Positions 13,701-27,800 of a stretch of DNA of 64,000 nucleotides are shown here, piece by piece. Position 1 is the first letter of the stretch; each line of letters opens with the position of its first letter. The position numbers were made by a program, and so were the translations under genes. This DNA is from Eledone cirrhosa (lineage: Eukaryota). Below the pieces are notes generated by a model. The model worked only from the letters and a program-made list of their open reading frames with translations. It was not told where the DNA came from and did not search any database. Location of the stretch: contig OZ024751.1 of assembly GCA_964016885.1 (NCBI GenBank), forward strand, positions 2,170,001 to 2,234,000. The letters are read 5' to 3'.

Positions 13701-15200
13701 TTTTCCCTGTTGAACTGTCATGCTGAACCTTCTCTGTTTAACTGTCATGTTGATCATTCTCTGTTGAACTGTCATACTGAAGCCTCTCTGTTGAACTGTC
13801 ATATTGAGCCTTCCATGTTGAACTGTCATGTTGGACCTTCCCTGTTTAACTGTCATATTGAACCTTCCCTGTTGAACTGTCATATTGAACTTTCTCTGTT
13901 GAACTGTCATGCTGAACCTTCCCTGTTTAACTGTAATGCTGAACCTTCTCTGTTGAACAGTCAGATTGAAATTTCTCTGTTGAACTGACATGCTGAACCT
14001 TCCCTGTAGAACTGTCATGCTTAACCTTCCCTGTTTAACTGTCATATTGAACTTTCTCTGTTGAACTATCATGTTGGACCTTCTCTGTTGAACTGTCATA
14101 TTGAACTTTCTCTGTTGAACTGTCATGCTGAACCTTCTCTGTTGAACTGTCATGTTGAACCTTCTCTGTTGAAATGTCATGTTGAACCTTCTCTGTTGAA
14201 GTGTCATATTGAACCTTCTCTGTTGAACTGTCACGTTGAACCTTCTCTGTTGAACTGTCATATTGAACCTTCCCAGTTGAATTGTCATGTTGACCCTTCT
14301 CTGTTGAAATGTCATATTGAACTTTCTCTGTTGAACTGTCATGCTGAACCTTCCCTGTTGAACTGTCATGCTGGACCTTCCCTGTTTAACTGTCATATTG
14401 AACTTTCTCTGTTGAAACTGTCATGCTGAACCTTCCCTGTTTAACTCTCATATTGAACCATCCCTGTTGAACTGTCATTTTGAACTTTCCCTGTTGAAAT
14501 GTCATGCTGGACCTTCCCTGTTAAACAGTCATGCTGAACCTTCCCTGTTTAACTGTCATGCTGAACCTTCTCTGTTGAACTGTCATATTGAAGTTCTCTG
14601 TTGAACTGTGATGCTGAATTTTCCCTGTTGAACTGTCATGCTGAACCTTCTCTGTTTAACTGTCATGTTGATCATTCTCTGTTGAACTGTCATACTGAAG
14701 CCTCTCTGTTGAACTGTCATATTGAGCCTTCCATGTTGAACTGTCATGTTGGACCTTCCCTGTTTAACTGTCATATTGAACCTTCCCTGTTGAACTGTCA
14801 TATTGAACTTTCTCTGTTGAACTGTCATGCTGAACCTTCCCTGTTTAACTGTAATGCTGAACCTTCTCTGTTGAACAGTCAGATTGAAATTTCTCTGTTG
14901 AACTGTCATGCTGAACCTTCCCTGTAGAACTGTCATGCTTAACCTTCCCTGTTTAACTGTCATATTGAACTTTCTCTGTTGAACTGTCATGTTGGACCTT
15001 CTCTGTTGAACTGTCATATTGAACTTTCTCTGTTGAACTGTCAAGCTGAACCTTCTCTGTTGAACTGTCATGTTGAACCTTCTCTGTTGAAATGTCATGT
15101 TGAACCTTCTCTGTTGAAGTGTCATATTGAACCTTCTCTGTTGAACTGTCACGTTGAACCTTCTCTGTTGAACTGTCATATTGAACCTTGCCAGTTGAAT
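13395..15200. repeat. Tandem duplication with 918-bp period (34 monomers)
   Basis: +1 variant GTTGAAACTG at 13493 and 14411; ORF pairs 13665/14583 and 13683/14601, and ORF ends 13511/14429, are all 918 apart. Confidence 0.88.
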
Positions 15201-16839
15201 TGTCATGTTGAACCTTCTCTGTTGAAATGTCATGTTGAACCTTCTCTGTTGAACTGTCATATTGAACCTTCTCTGTTGAACTGTCATGTTGAATCTTCTC
15301 TGTTTAACTGTCATATTGAACCTTCCATGTTGAACTGTCATGTTGGACCTTCCCTGTTTAACTGTCATATTGAACCTTCCCTGTTGAACTGTCATATTGA
15401 ACTTTCTCTGTTGAACTGTCATGCTGAACCTTCCCTGTTTAACTGTAATGCTGAACCTTCTCTGTTGAACAGTCAGATTGAAATTTCTCTGTTGAACTGT
15501 CATGCTGAACCTTCCCTGTAGAACTGTCATGCTTAACCTTCCCTGTTTAACTGTCATATTGAACTTTCTCTGTTTAACTGTCATGCTGAACCTTCCCTGT
15601 TGAACTGTCATGCTTAACATTCCCTGTTTAACTGTCATATTGAACTTTCTCTGTTGAACTGTCATGCTGAACATTCCCTGCTGAACTGTCATATTGAACC
15701 TTCTCTGTTGAACTGTCATATTGAACCTTCTCTGTTGAACTGTCATGTTGAACCTTCGCTGTTGAACTGTCATATTGAACCTTCCCTGTTGAATTGTCAT
15801 GTTGAACCTTCTCTGTTGAACTGTCATATTGAACCTTCCCTGTTCAACTGTCATATTGAACCATCTCTGTATAACTGTCATATTGAACCTTCTCTGTATA
15901 ACTGTCATATTGAACCTTCTCTGTTTAACTGTCATATTGAACTTTCTCTGTTTAACTGTCATGCTGAACATTCCCTGTTGAACTGTCATGCTGGACCTTC
16001 CCTGTTTAACTGTCATATTGAACTTTCTCTGTTGAACTGTCATGCTGAACCTTCCCTGTTTAACTCTCATATTGAACCATCTCTGTATAACTGTCATGTT
16101 GAACCTTCTCTGTTGAAATGTCATGTTGAACCTTCTCTGTTGAACTGTCATATTGAACCTTCTCTGTTGAACTGTCATGTTGAACCTTCTCTGTTGAACT
16201 GTCATATTGAACCTTCCCTGTTGAATTGTCATGTTGAACCGTCTCTGTTGAACTGTCATATTGAACCTTCTCTGTTTAACTGTCGTATTGAACCTTCCCT
16301 GTTGAACTGTCCTATTGAACTTTCTCTGTTGAACTGTCATATTGAACCTTCTTTGTTTAACTGTCATATTGAACTTTTCCTGTTGAATGTCATACTGAAC
16401 CTTCTCTGTTGAACTGTCATATTGAACATTCTCTGTTGAACTGTCATGCTGAACATTCCCTGTTGAACTGTCATATTGTACCTTCTCTGTTGAACTGTCA
16501 TGCTGAACCTTCCCTGTTGAACTGTCATATTGTACCTTCTCTGTTGAACGATCATGCTGAACCTTCCCTGTTGAACTGTCATGCTGTACCTTCACTCTTT
16601 AACTGTCATATTGAACTTTCTCTGTTGAACTGTCATGCTGAATCTTCCCTGTTTAACTCTCATATTGAACCATCCCTGTTGAACTGTCATTTTGAACTTT
16701 CCCTGTTGAACTGTCATGCAGGACCTTCCCTGTTAAACAGTCATGCTGAACCTTCCCTGTTTAACTGTCATGCTGAACCTTCTCTGTTGAACTGTCATAT
16801 TGAAGTTCTCTGTTGAACTGTGCTGCTGAATCTTCCCTG

Positions 16840-19800
16840 TTGAACTGTCATGTTGGAACTTCTCAGTTTAACTGTCATATTGAACCTTCTCTGTTTAACT
16901 GTCATATTGAACTTTCTCTGTTGAACTGTCATGCTGAACCTTCCCTGTTGAACTGTCATGCTGGACCTTCCCAGTTTAACTGACATATTGAATTTTCTCT
17001 GTTGAACTGTCATGCTGAACCTTCTCTGTTTAACTCTCATATTGAACCATCTCTGTATAACTGTCATGTTGAACCTTCTCTGTTGAAATGTCATGTTGAA
17101 CCTTCTCTGTTGAACTGTCATATTGAACCTTCTCTGTTGAACTGTCATGTTGAACCTTCTCTGTTGAACTGTCATATTGAAACTTCCCTGTTGAATTGTC
17201 ATGTTGAACCATCTCTGTTCAACTGTCATATTGAACCTTCCCAGTTCAACTGTCATATTGAACTTTCTCTGTTGAAATGTCATGTTGAACCTTCTCTGTT
17301 GAACTGTCATGTTGAACCTTCTCTGTTGAACTATCATGTTGAACTTTCCCTGTTGAATGACATACTGAACCTTCTCTGTTGAACTGTCATATTGAACATT
17401 CTCTGTTGAACGATCATGCTGAACCTTCCCTGTTGAACTGTCATGCTGTACCTTCACTCTTTAACTGTCATATTGAACTTTCTCTGTTGAACTGTCATGC
17501 TGAATCTTCCCTGTTTAACTCTCATATTGAACCATCCCTGTTGAACTGTCATTTTGAACTTTCCCTGTTGAACTGTCATGCAGGACCTTCCCTGTTAAAC
17601 AGTCATGCTGAACCTTCCCTGTTTAACTGTCATGCTGAACCTTCTCTGTTGAACTGTCATATTGAAGTTCTCTGTTGAACTGTGCTGCTGAATCTTCCCT
17701 GTTGAACTGTCATGCTGAACCTTCTCTGTTTAACTGTCATGTTGATCATTCTCTGTTGAACTGTCATACTGAAGCTTCTCTGTTGAACTGTCATATTGAA
17801 CCTTCCATGTTGAACTGTCATGTTGGACCTTCCCTGTTTAACTGTCATATTGAACCTTCCCTGTTGAACTGTCATATTGAACTTTCTCTGTTGAACTGTC
17901 ATGCTGAACCTTCCCTGTTTAACTGTAATGCTGAACCTTCTCTGTTGAACAGTCAGATTGAAATTTCTCTGTTGAACTGTCATGCTGAACCTTCCCTGTT
18001 GAACTGTCATGCTTAACATTCCCTGTTTAACTGTCATATTGAACTTTCTCTGTTGAACTGTCATGCTGAACATTCCCTGCTGAACTGTCATATTGAACCT
18101 TCTCTGTTGAACTGTCATGCTGAAACTTCCCTGTTGAACTGTCATATTGAACCTTCTCTGTTGAACTGTCATGTTGGACCTTCTCTGTTTAACTGTCATA
18201 TTGAACCTTCTCTGTTGAACTGTCATGCTGAACCTTCCCTGTTGAACTGTAATGCTGTACCTTCACTCTTTAACTGTCATATTGAACTTTCTCTGTTGAA
18301 CTGTCATGCTGAATCTTCCCTGTTTAACTGTCATGTTGGACCTTCTATGTTGAACTGTCATGTTGAACCTTCTCTGTTGAACTGTCATATTGAGCCTTCT
18401 CTGTTGAACTGTCATGTTGAACCTTCTCTGTTGAACTGTCATATTGAACCTTCCCTGTTCAACTGTCATGTTGAACCTTCTCTGTTTAACTGTCATATTG
18501 AACTTTCTCTGTTGAACTGTCATTCTGAACCTTCCTTGGTGAACTGTCATGTTGAACCTTCTCTGTTGAACTGTCATATTGAACTTTCTCTGTTGAACTG
18601 TCATGCTGAACCTTCTCTGTTGAACTGTCATGTTGGACCTTCTCTGTTGAACTGTCATATTGAACTTTCTCTGTTGAACTGTCATGCTGAACCTTCTCTG
18701 TATAACTGTCATGTTGAACCTTCTCTGTTGAAATGTCATGTTGAACCTTCTCTGTTGAACTGTCATATTGAACCTTCTCTGTTGAACTGTCATGTTGAAC
18801 CTTCGCTGTTGAACTGTCATATTGAACCTTCCCTGTTGAATTGTCATGTTGAACCTTCTCTGTTGAACTGTCATATTGAACCTTCCCTGTTCAACTGTCA
18901 TATTGAACCATCTCTGTATAACTGTCATATTGAACCTTCTCTGTATAACTGTCATATTGAACCTTCTCTGTTTAACTGTCATATTGAACTTTCTCTGTTT
19001 AACTGTCATGCTGAACATTCCCTGTTGAACTGTCATGCTGGACCTTCCCTGTTTAACTGTCATATTGAACTTTCTCTGTTGAACTGTCATGCTGAACCTT
19101 CCCTGTTTAACTCTCATATTGAACCATCTCTGTATAACTGTCATGTTGAACCTTCTCTGTTGAAATGTCATGTTGAACCTTCTCTGTTGAACTGTCATAT
19201 TGAACCTTCTCTGTTGAACTGTCATGTTGAACCTTCTCTGTTGAACTGTCATATTGAACCTTCCCTGTTGAATTGTCATGTTGAACCGTCTCTGTTGAAC
19301 TGTCATATTGAACCTTCTCTGTTTAACTGTCGTATTGAACCTTCCCTGTTGAACTGTCCTATTGAACTTTCTCTGTTGAACTGTCATATTGAACCTTCTT
19401 TGTTTAACTGTCATATTGAACTTTTCCTGTTGAATGTCATACTGAACCTTCTCTGTTGAACTGTCATATTGAACATTCTCTGTTGAACTGTCATGCTGAA
19501 CATTCCCTGTTGAACTGTCATATTGTACCTTCTCTGTTGAACTGTCATGCTGAACCTTCCCTGTTGAACTGTCATATTGTACCTTCTCTGTTGAACTGTC
19601 ATGTTGGAACTTCTCAGTTTAACTGTCATATTGAACCTTCTCTGTTTAACTGTCATATTGAACTTTCTCTGTTGAACTGTCATGCTGAACCTTCCCTGTT
19701 GAACTGTCATGCTGGACCTTCCCAGTTTAACTGACATATTGAATTTTCTCTGTTGAACTGTCATGCTGAACCTTCTCTGTTTAACTCTCATATTGAACCA

Positions 19801-22800
19801 TCTCTGTATAACTGTCATGTTGAACCTTCTCTGTTGAAATGTCATGTTGAACCTTCTCTGTTGAACTGTCATATTGAACCTTCTCTGTTGAACTGTCATG
19901 TTGAACCTTCTCTGTTGAACTGTCATATTGAAACTTCCCTGTTGAATTGTCATGTTGAACCATCTCTGTTCAACTGTCATATTGAACCTTCCCAGTTCAA
20001 CTGTCATATTGAACTTTCTCTGTTGAAATGTCATGTTGAACCTTCTCTGTTGAACTGTCATGTTGAACCTTCTCTGTTGAACTATCATGTTGAACTTTCC
20101 CTGTTGAATGACATACTGAACCTTCTCTGTTGAACTGTCATATTGAACATTCTCTGTTGAACGATCATGCTGAACCTTCCCTGTTGAACTGTCATGCTGT
20201 ACCTTCACTCTTTAACTGTCATATTGAACTTTCTCTGTTGAACTGTCATGCTGAATCTTCCCTGTTTAACTCTCATATTGAACCATCCCTGTTGAACTGT
20301 CATTTTGAACTTTCCCTGTTGAACTGTCATGCAGGACCTTCCCTGTTAAACAGTCATGCTGAACCTTCCCTGTTTAACTGTCATGCTGAACCTTCTCTGT
20401 TGAACTGTCATATTGAAGTTCTCTGTTGAACTGTGCTGCTGAATCTTCCCTGTTGAACTGTCATGCTGAACCTTCTCTGTTTAACTGTCATGTTGATCAT
20501 TCTCTGTTGAACTGTCATACTGAAGCTTCTCTGTTGAACTGTCATATTGAACCTTCCATGTTGAACTGTCATGTTGGACCTTCCCTGTTTAACTGTCATA
20601 TTGAACCTTCCCTGTTGAACTGTCATATTGAACTTTCTCTGTTGAACTGTCATGCTGAACCTTCCCTGTTTAACTGTAATGCTGAACCTTCTCTGTTGAA
20701 CAGTCAGATTGAAATTTCTCTGTTGAACTGTCATGCTGAACCTTCCCTGTTGAACTGTCATGCTTAACATTCCCTGTTTAACTGTCATATTGAACTTTCT
20801 CTGTTGAACTGTCATGCTGAACATTCCCTGCTGAACTGTCATATTGAACCTTCTCTGTTGAACTGTCATGCTGAAACTTCCCTGTTGAACTGTCATATTG
20901 AACCTTCTCTGTTGAACTGTCATGTTGGACCTTCTCTGTTTAACTGTCATATTGAACCTTCTCTGTTGAACTGTCATGCTGAACCTTCCCTGTTGAACTG
21001 TAATGCTGTACCTTCACTCTTTAACTGTCATATTGAACTTTCTCTGTTGAACTGTCATGCTGAATCTTCCCTGTTTAACTGTCATGTTGGACCTTCTATG
21101 TTGAACTGTCATGTTGAACCTTCTCTGTTGAACTGTCATATTGAGCCTTCTCTGTTGAACTGTCATGTTGAACCTTCTCTGTTGAACTGTCATATTGAAC
21201 CTTCCCTGTTCAACTGTCATGTTGAACCTTCTCTGTTTAACTGTCATATTGAACTTTCTCTGTTGAACTGTCATTCTGAACCTTCCCTGTTTAACTGTAA
21301 TGCTGAACCTTCTCTGTTGAACAGTCAGATTGAAATTTCTCTGTTGAACTGTCATGCTGAACCTTCCCTGTTGAACTGTCATGCTTAACATTCCCTGTTT
21401 AACTGTCATATTGAACTTTCTCTGTTGAACTGTCATGCTGAACATTCCCTGCTGAACTGTCATATTGAACCTTCTCTGTTGAACTGTCATGCTGAAACTT
21501 CCCTGTTGAACTGTCATATTGAACCTTCTCTGTTGAACTGTCATGTTGGACCTTCTCTGTTTAACTGTCATATTGAACCTTCTCTGTTGAACTGTCATGC
21601 TGAACCTTCCCTGTTGAACTGTAATGCTGTACCTTCACTCTTTAACTGTCATATTGAACTTTCTCTGTTGAACTGTCATGCTGAATCTTCCCTGTTTAAC
21701 TGTCATGTTGGACCTTCTATGTTGAACTGTCATGTTGAACCTTCTCTGTTGAACTGTCATATTGAGCCTTCTCTGTTGAACTGTCATGTTGAACCTTCTC
21801 TGTTGAACTGTCATATTGAACCTTCCCTGTTCAACTGTCATGTTGAACCTTCTCTGTTTAACTGTCATATTGAACTTTCTCTGTTGAACTGTCATTCTGA
21901 ACCTTCCTTGGTGAACTGTCATGTTGAACCTTCTCTGTTGAACTGTCATATTGAACTTTCTCTGTTGAACTGTCATGCTGAACCTTCTCTGTTGAACTGT
22001 CATGTTGGACCTTCTCTGTTGAACTGTCATATTGAACTTTCTCTGTTGAACTGTCATGCTGAACCTTCTCTGTATAACTGTCATGTTGAACCTTCTCTGT
22101 TGAAATGTCATGTTGAACCTTCTCTGTTGAACTGTCATATTGAACCTTCTCTGTTGAACTGTCATGTTGAACCTTCGCTGTTGAACTGTCATATTGAACC
22201 TTCCCTGTTGAATTGTCATGTTGAACCTTCTCTGTTGAACTGTCATATTGAACCTTCCCTGTTCAACTGTCATATTGAACCATCTCTGTATAACTGTCAT
22301 ATTGAACCTTCTCTGTATAACTGTCATATTGAACCTTCTCTGTTTAACTGTCATATTGAACTTTCTCTGTTTAACTGTCATGCTGAACATTCCCTGTTGA
22401 ACTGTCATGCTGGACCTTCCCTGTTTAACTGTCATATTGAACTTTCTCTGTTGAACTGTCATGCTGAACCTTCCCTGTTTAACTCTCATATTGAACCATC
22501 TCTGTATAACTGTCATGTTGAACCTTCTCTGTTGAAATGTCATGTTGAACCTTCTCTGTTGAACTGTCATATTGAACCTTCTCTGTTGAACTGTCATGTT
22601 GAACCTTCTCTGTTGAACTGTCATATTGAACCTTCCCTGTTGAATTGTCATGTTGAACCGTCTCTGTTGAACTGTCATATTGAACCTTCTCTGTTTAACT
22701 GTCGTATTGAACCTTCCCTGTTGAACTGTCCTATTGAACTTTCTCTGTTGAACTGTCATATTGAACCTTCTTTGTTTAACTGTCATATTGAACTTTTCCT

Positions 22801-24830
22801 GTTGAATGTCATACTGAACCTTCTCTGTTGAACTGTCATATTGAACATTCTCTGTTGAACTGTCATGCTGAACATTCCCTGTTGAACTGTCATATTGTAC
22901 CTTCTCTGTTGAACTGTCATGCTGAACCTTCCCTGTTGAACTGTCATATTGTACCTTCTCTGTTGAACTGTCATGTTGGAACTTCTCAGTTTAACTGTCA
23001 TATTGAACCTTCTCTGTTTAACTGTCATATTGAACTTTCTCTGTTGAACTGTCATGCTGAACCTTCCCTGTTGAACTGTCATGCTGGACCTTCCCAGTTT
23101 AACTGACATATTGAATTTTCTCTGTTGAACTGTCATGCTGAACCTTCTCTGTTTAACTCTCATATTGAACCATCTCTGTATAACTGTCATGTTGAACCTT
23201 CTCTGTTGAAATGTCATGTTGAACCTTCTCTGTTGAACTGTCTTATTGAACCTTCTCTGTTGAACTGTCATGTTGAACCTTCTCTGTTGAACTGTCATAT
23301 TGAAACTTCCCTGTTGAATTGTCATGTTGAACCATCTCTGTTCAACTGTCATATTGAACCTTCCCAGTTCAACTGTCATATTGAACTTTCTCTGTTGAAA
23401 TGTCATGTTGAACCTTCTCTGTTGAACTGTCATGTTGAACCTTCTCTGTTGAACTATCATGTTGAACTTTCCCTGTTGAATGACATACTGAACCTTCTCT
23501 GTTGAACTGTCATATTGAACATTCTCTGTTGAACGATCATGCTGAACCTTCCCTGTTGAACTGTCATGCTGTACCTTCACTCTTTAACTGTCATATTGAA
23601 CTTTCTCTGTTGAACTGTCATGCTGAATCTTCCCTGTTTAACTCTCATATTGAACCATCCCTGTTGAACTGTCATTTTGAACTTTCCCTGTTGAACTGTC
23701 ATGCAGGACCTTCCCTGTTAAACAGTCATGCTGAACCTTCCCTGTTTAACTGTCATGCTGAACCTTCTCTGTTGAACTGTCATATTGAAGTTCTCTGTTG
23801 AACTGTGCTGCTGAATCTTCCCTGTTGAACTGTCATGCTGAACCTTCTCTGTTTAACTGTCATGTTGATCATTCTCTGTTGAACTGTCATACTGAAGCTT
23901 CTCTGTTGAACTGTCATATTGAACCTTCCATGTTGAACTGTCATGTTGGACCTTCCCTGTTTAACTGTCATATTGAACCTTCCCTGTTGAACTGTCATAT
24001 TGAACTTTCTCTGTTGAACTGTCATGCTGAAACTTCCCTGTTTAACTGTAATGCTGAACCTTCTCTGTTGAACAGTCAGATTGAAATTTCTCTGTTGAAC
24101 TGTCATGCTGAACCTTCCCTGTTGAACTGTCATGCTTAACATTCCCTGTTTAACTGTCATATTGAACTTTCTCTGTTGAACTGTCATGCTGAACATTCCC
24201 TGCTGAACTGTCATATTGAACCTTCTCTGTTGAACTGTCATGCTGAAACTTCCCTGTTGAACTGTCATATTGAACCTTCTCTGTTGAACTGTCATGTTGG
24301 ACCTTCTCTGTTTAACTGTCATATTGAACCTTCTCTGTTGAACTGTCATGCTGAACCTTCCCTGTTGAACTGTAATGCTGTACCTTCACTCTTTAACTGT
24401 CATATTGAACTTTCTCTGTTGAACTGTCATGCTGAATCTTCCCTGTTTAACTGTCATGTTGGACCTTCTATGTTGAACTGTCATGTTGAACCTTCTCTGT
24501 TGAACTGTCATATTGAGCCTTCTCTGTTGAACTGTCATGTTGAACCTTCTCTGTTGAACTGTCATATTGAACCTTCCCTGTTCAACTGTCATGTTGAACC
24601 TTCTCTGTTTAACTGTCATATTGAACTTTCTCTGTTGAACTGTCATTCTGAACCTTCCTTGGTGAACTGTCATGTTGAACCTTCTCTGTTGAACTGTCAT
24701 ATTGAACTTTCTCTGTTGAACTGTCATGCTGAACCTTCTCTGTTGAACTGTCATGTTGGACCTTCTCTGTTGAACTGTCATATTGAACTTTCTCTGTTGA
24801 ACTGTCATGCTGAACCTTCTCTGTATAAAT
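16840..24830. repeat. Near-identical higher-order repeat, 2751-bp unit (102 monomers minus 3 bp), about 2.7 copies plus an internal 621-bp duplication
   Basis: Identical or near-identical ORFs at 17002/19753/23125, 17379/20130/23502 and 17657/20408/23780 (offsets 2751 and 3372 = 2751+621); 20804/21425 offset is 621 = 23x27. Confidence 0.93.
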
Positions 24831-27800
24831 GTCATGTTGAACCTTCTCTGTTGAAATGTCATGTTGAACCTTCTCTGTTGAACTGTCATATTGAACCTTC
24901 TCTGTTTTACTGTCATGTTGGACCTTCTCTGTTTTACTGTCATATTGAACCTTCTCTGTTTAACTGTCATATTGAACCTTCTCTGTTTAACTGACATATT
25001 GAACCTACTCTGTTGAACTGTCATGCTGAACCTTCCCTGTTGAACTGTCATGCTGAACCTTCACTCTTTAACTGTCATATTGAACTTTCTCTGTTGAACT
25101 GTCATGCTGAATCTTCCCTGTTTAACTGTTCATGTTGGACCTTCTCTGTTGAACTGTCATATTGAACCTTCTGTGTTGAACTTTCATGTTGAACCTTCTC
25201 TGTTGAACTGTCATATTGAGCCTTCTCTGTTGAACTGTCATGTTGAACCTTCTCTGTTGAACTGTCATATTGAACCTCCCCTTTTTGAATTGTCATGTTG
25301 AACTTTCTCTGTTGAACTGTCATGCTGAACCTTCTCTGTTGAACTGTCATGTTGAACCTTCTCTGTTGAAATGTCATGTTGAACCTTCTCTGTTGAACTG
25401 TCATATTAAACCTTCTCTGTTGAACTGTCATGTTGAACCTTCTCTGTTGAACTGTTATATTGAACCTTCCCAGTTGAACTGTCATATTGAACATTCCCTG
25501 TTCAACTGTCATATTGAACAATCTCTGTATAACTGTCATGTTGAACCTTCTCTGTTGAAATGTCATGTTGAACCTTCTCTGTTGAACTGTCATATTGAAC
25601 CTTCACTGTTCAACTGTCATATTGAACCATCTCGGTATAACTGTCATATTGAACCTTCTCTGTATAACTGTCATATTGAACCTTCTCTGTTTAACTGTCA
25701 TATTGAACCTTCTCTGTTGAACTGTGATGTTGGACCTTCTCTGTTGAACTGTCATGCTGAATCTTCACTGTTGAACTGTCATGTTGAAATTTCTCTGTTG
25801 AACTGTCATACTGAAGCTTCTCTGTTGAACTGTCATATTGAACATTTTCTGTTGAACTGTCATGATGAACCTTCTCTGTTGAACTGTCATATTGAACCTT
25901 TCCTGTTGAATTGTCATTGTGAACCTTCTCTGTTGAACTGTCATATTGAACTTTCTCTGTTGAACTGTCATGCTGAACCTTCCCTGTTGAACTGTGATGC
26001 TGAACCTTCCCTCTTTAACTGTCCTGCTGAACCTTCCCTGTTAAACTGTCATGTTGAACTTTCTCTGTTGAACTGTCATGCTGAATCTTCCCTGTTTAAC
26101 TGTCATGTTGGACCTTCTCTGTTGAACTGTCATATTGAAACTTCTCTGTTTAACTGTTGTATTGAACCTTCCCTGTTGAACTGTCCTATTGAACTTTCTC
26201 TGTTGAACTGTCATATTGAACCTTCTTTGTTTAACTGTCATATTGAACTTTCCCTGTTGAATGTCATACTGAACCTTCTCTGTTGAACTGTCATATTGAA
26301 CATTCTCTGTTGAACTGTCATGCTGAACTTTCCCTGTTGAACTGTCATATTGTACCTTCTCTGTTGAACTGTCATGCTGAACCTTCCCTGTTGAACTGTC
26401 ATATTGTACCTTCTCTGTTGAACTGTCATGTTGGAACTTCTCAGTTTAACTGTCATATTGAACCTTCTCTGTTTAACTGTCATATTGAACTTTCTCTGTT
26501 GAACTGTCATGCTGAACCTTCCCTGTTGAACTGTCATGCTGGACCTTCCCAGTTTAACTGTCATATTGAACTTTCTCTGTTGAACTGTCATGCTGAACCT
26601 TCTCTGTTTAACTCTCATATTGAACCATCTCTGTATAACTGTCATGTTGAACCTTGTCTGTTGAAATGTCATGTTGAACTTTCTCTGTTGAACTGTCATA
26701 TTGAACCTTCTCTGTTGAACTGTCATGTTGAACCTTCCCTGTTGAACTATCATATTGGACATTCCCTTTTGAATTGTCATGTTGAACCTTCTCTGTTGAA
26801 CTGTCATATTGAACCTTCCCTGTTCAACTGTCATATTGAACCATCTCTGTATAACTGTCATATTGAACCTTCTCTGTGTAACTGTCATATTGAACCTTCT
26901 CTGTTTAACTGTCTTATTGAACTTTCTCTGTTGAACTGTCATGTTGGACCTTCTCTGTTGAACTGTCATATTGAACTTTCTATGTTGAACTGTCATGCTG
27001 TACTTTCTCTGCTGAATTATCATACTGAACCTTCCTTGTTGAACTGTCATGTTGAACCTTCTCTGTTGAACTGTCATATTGAACATTCTCTGTTTAACTG
27101 TCGTATTGAACCTTCCCTGTTGAACTGTCATATTGAACTTTCTCTGTTGAAATGTCATGTTGAACCTTCTCTGTTGAACTGTCATGTTGAACCTTCTCTA
27201 TTGAACTGTCATGTTGAACTTTCCCTGTTGAATGACATACTGAACCTTCTCTGTTGAACTGTCATATTGAACCTTCTCTGTTGAACTGTCATGTTGGAAC
27301 TTCTCAGTTTAACTGTCATATTGAACCTTCTCTGTTTAACTGTCATATTGAAATTTCTCAGTTGAACTGTCATGCTGAACCTTCCCTGTTGAACTGTCAT
27401 GCTGGACCTTCCCTGTTTAACTGTCATATTGAAGTTCTCTGTTGAACTGTGATGCTGTATCTTACTTGTTGAACTGTCATGATGAACCTTCCCTGTTTAA
27501 CTGTCATATTGAACTTTCTCTGTTGAACTGTCATGTTGGACCTTCTCTGTTTAACTGTCATATTGAACCTTCTCTGTTTAACTGTCATATTGAACTTTCT
27601 CTGTTGAACTGTCACACTGAGGCTTCTCTGTTGAACTGTCATATTGAACCTTCCATGTTGAACTGTCATATTGGACCTTCCCTGTTTAACTGTCATATTG
27701 AACCTTCCCTGTTGAACTGTCATATTGAACTTTCTCTGTTGAACTGTCATGCTTAACCTTCCCTGTTTAACTGTAATGTTGAACCTTCTCTGTTGAACAG

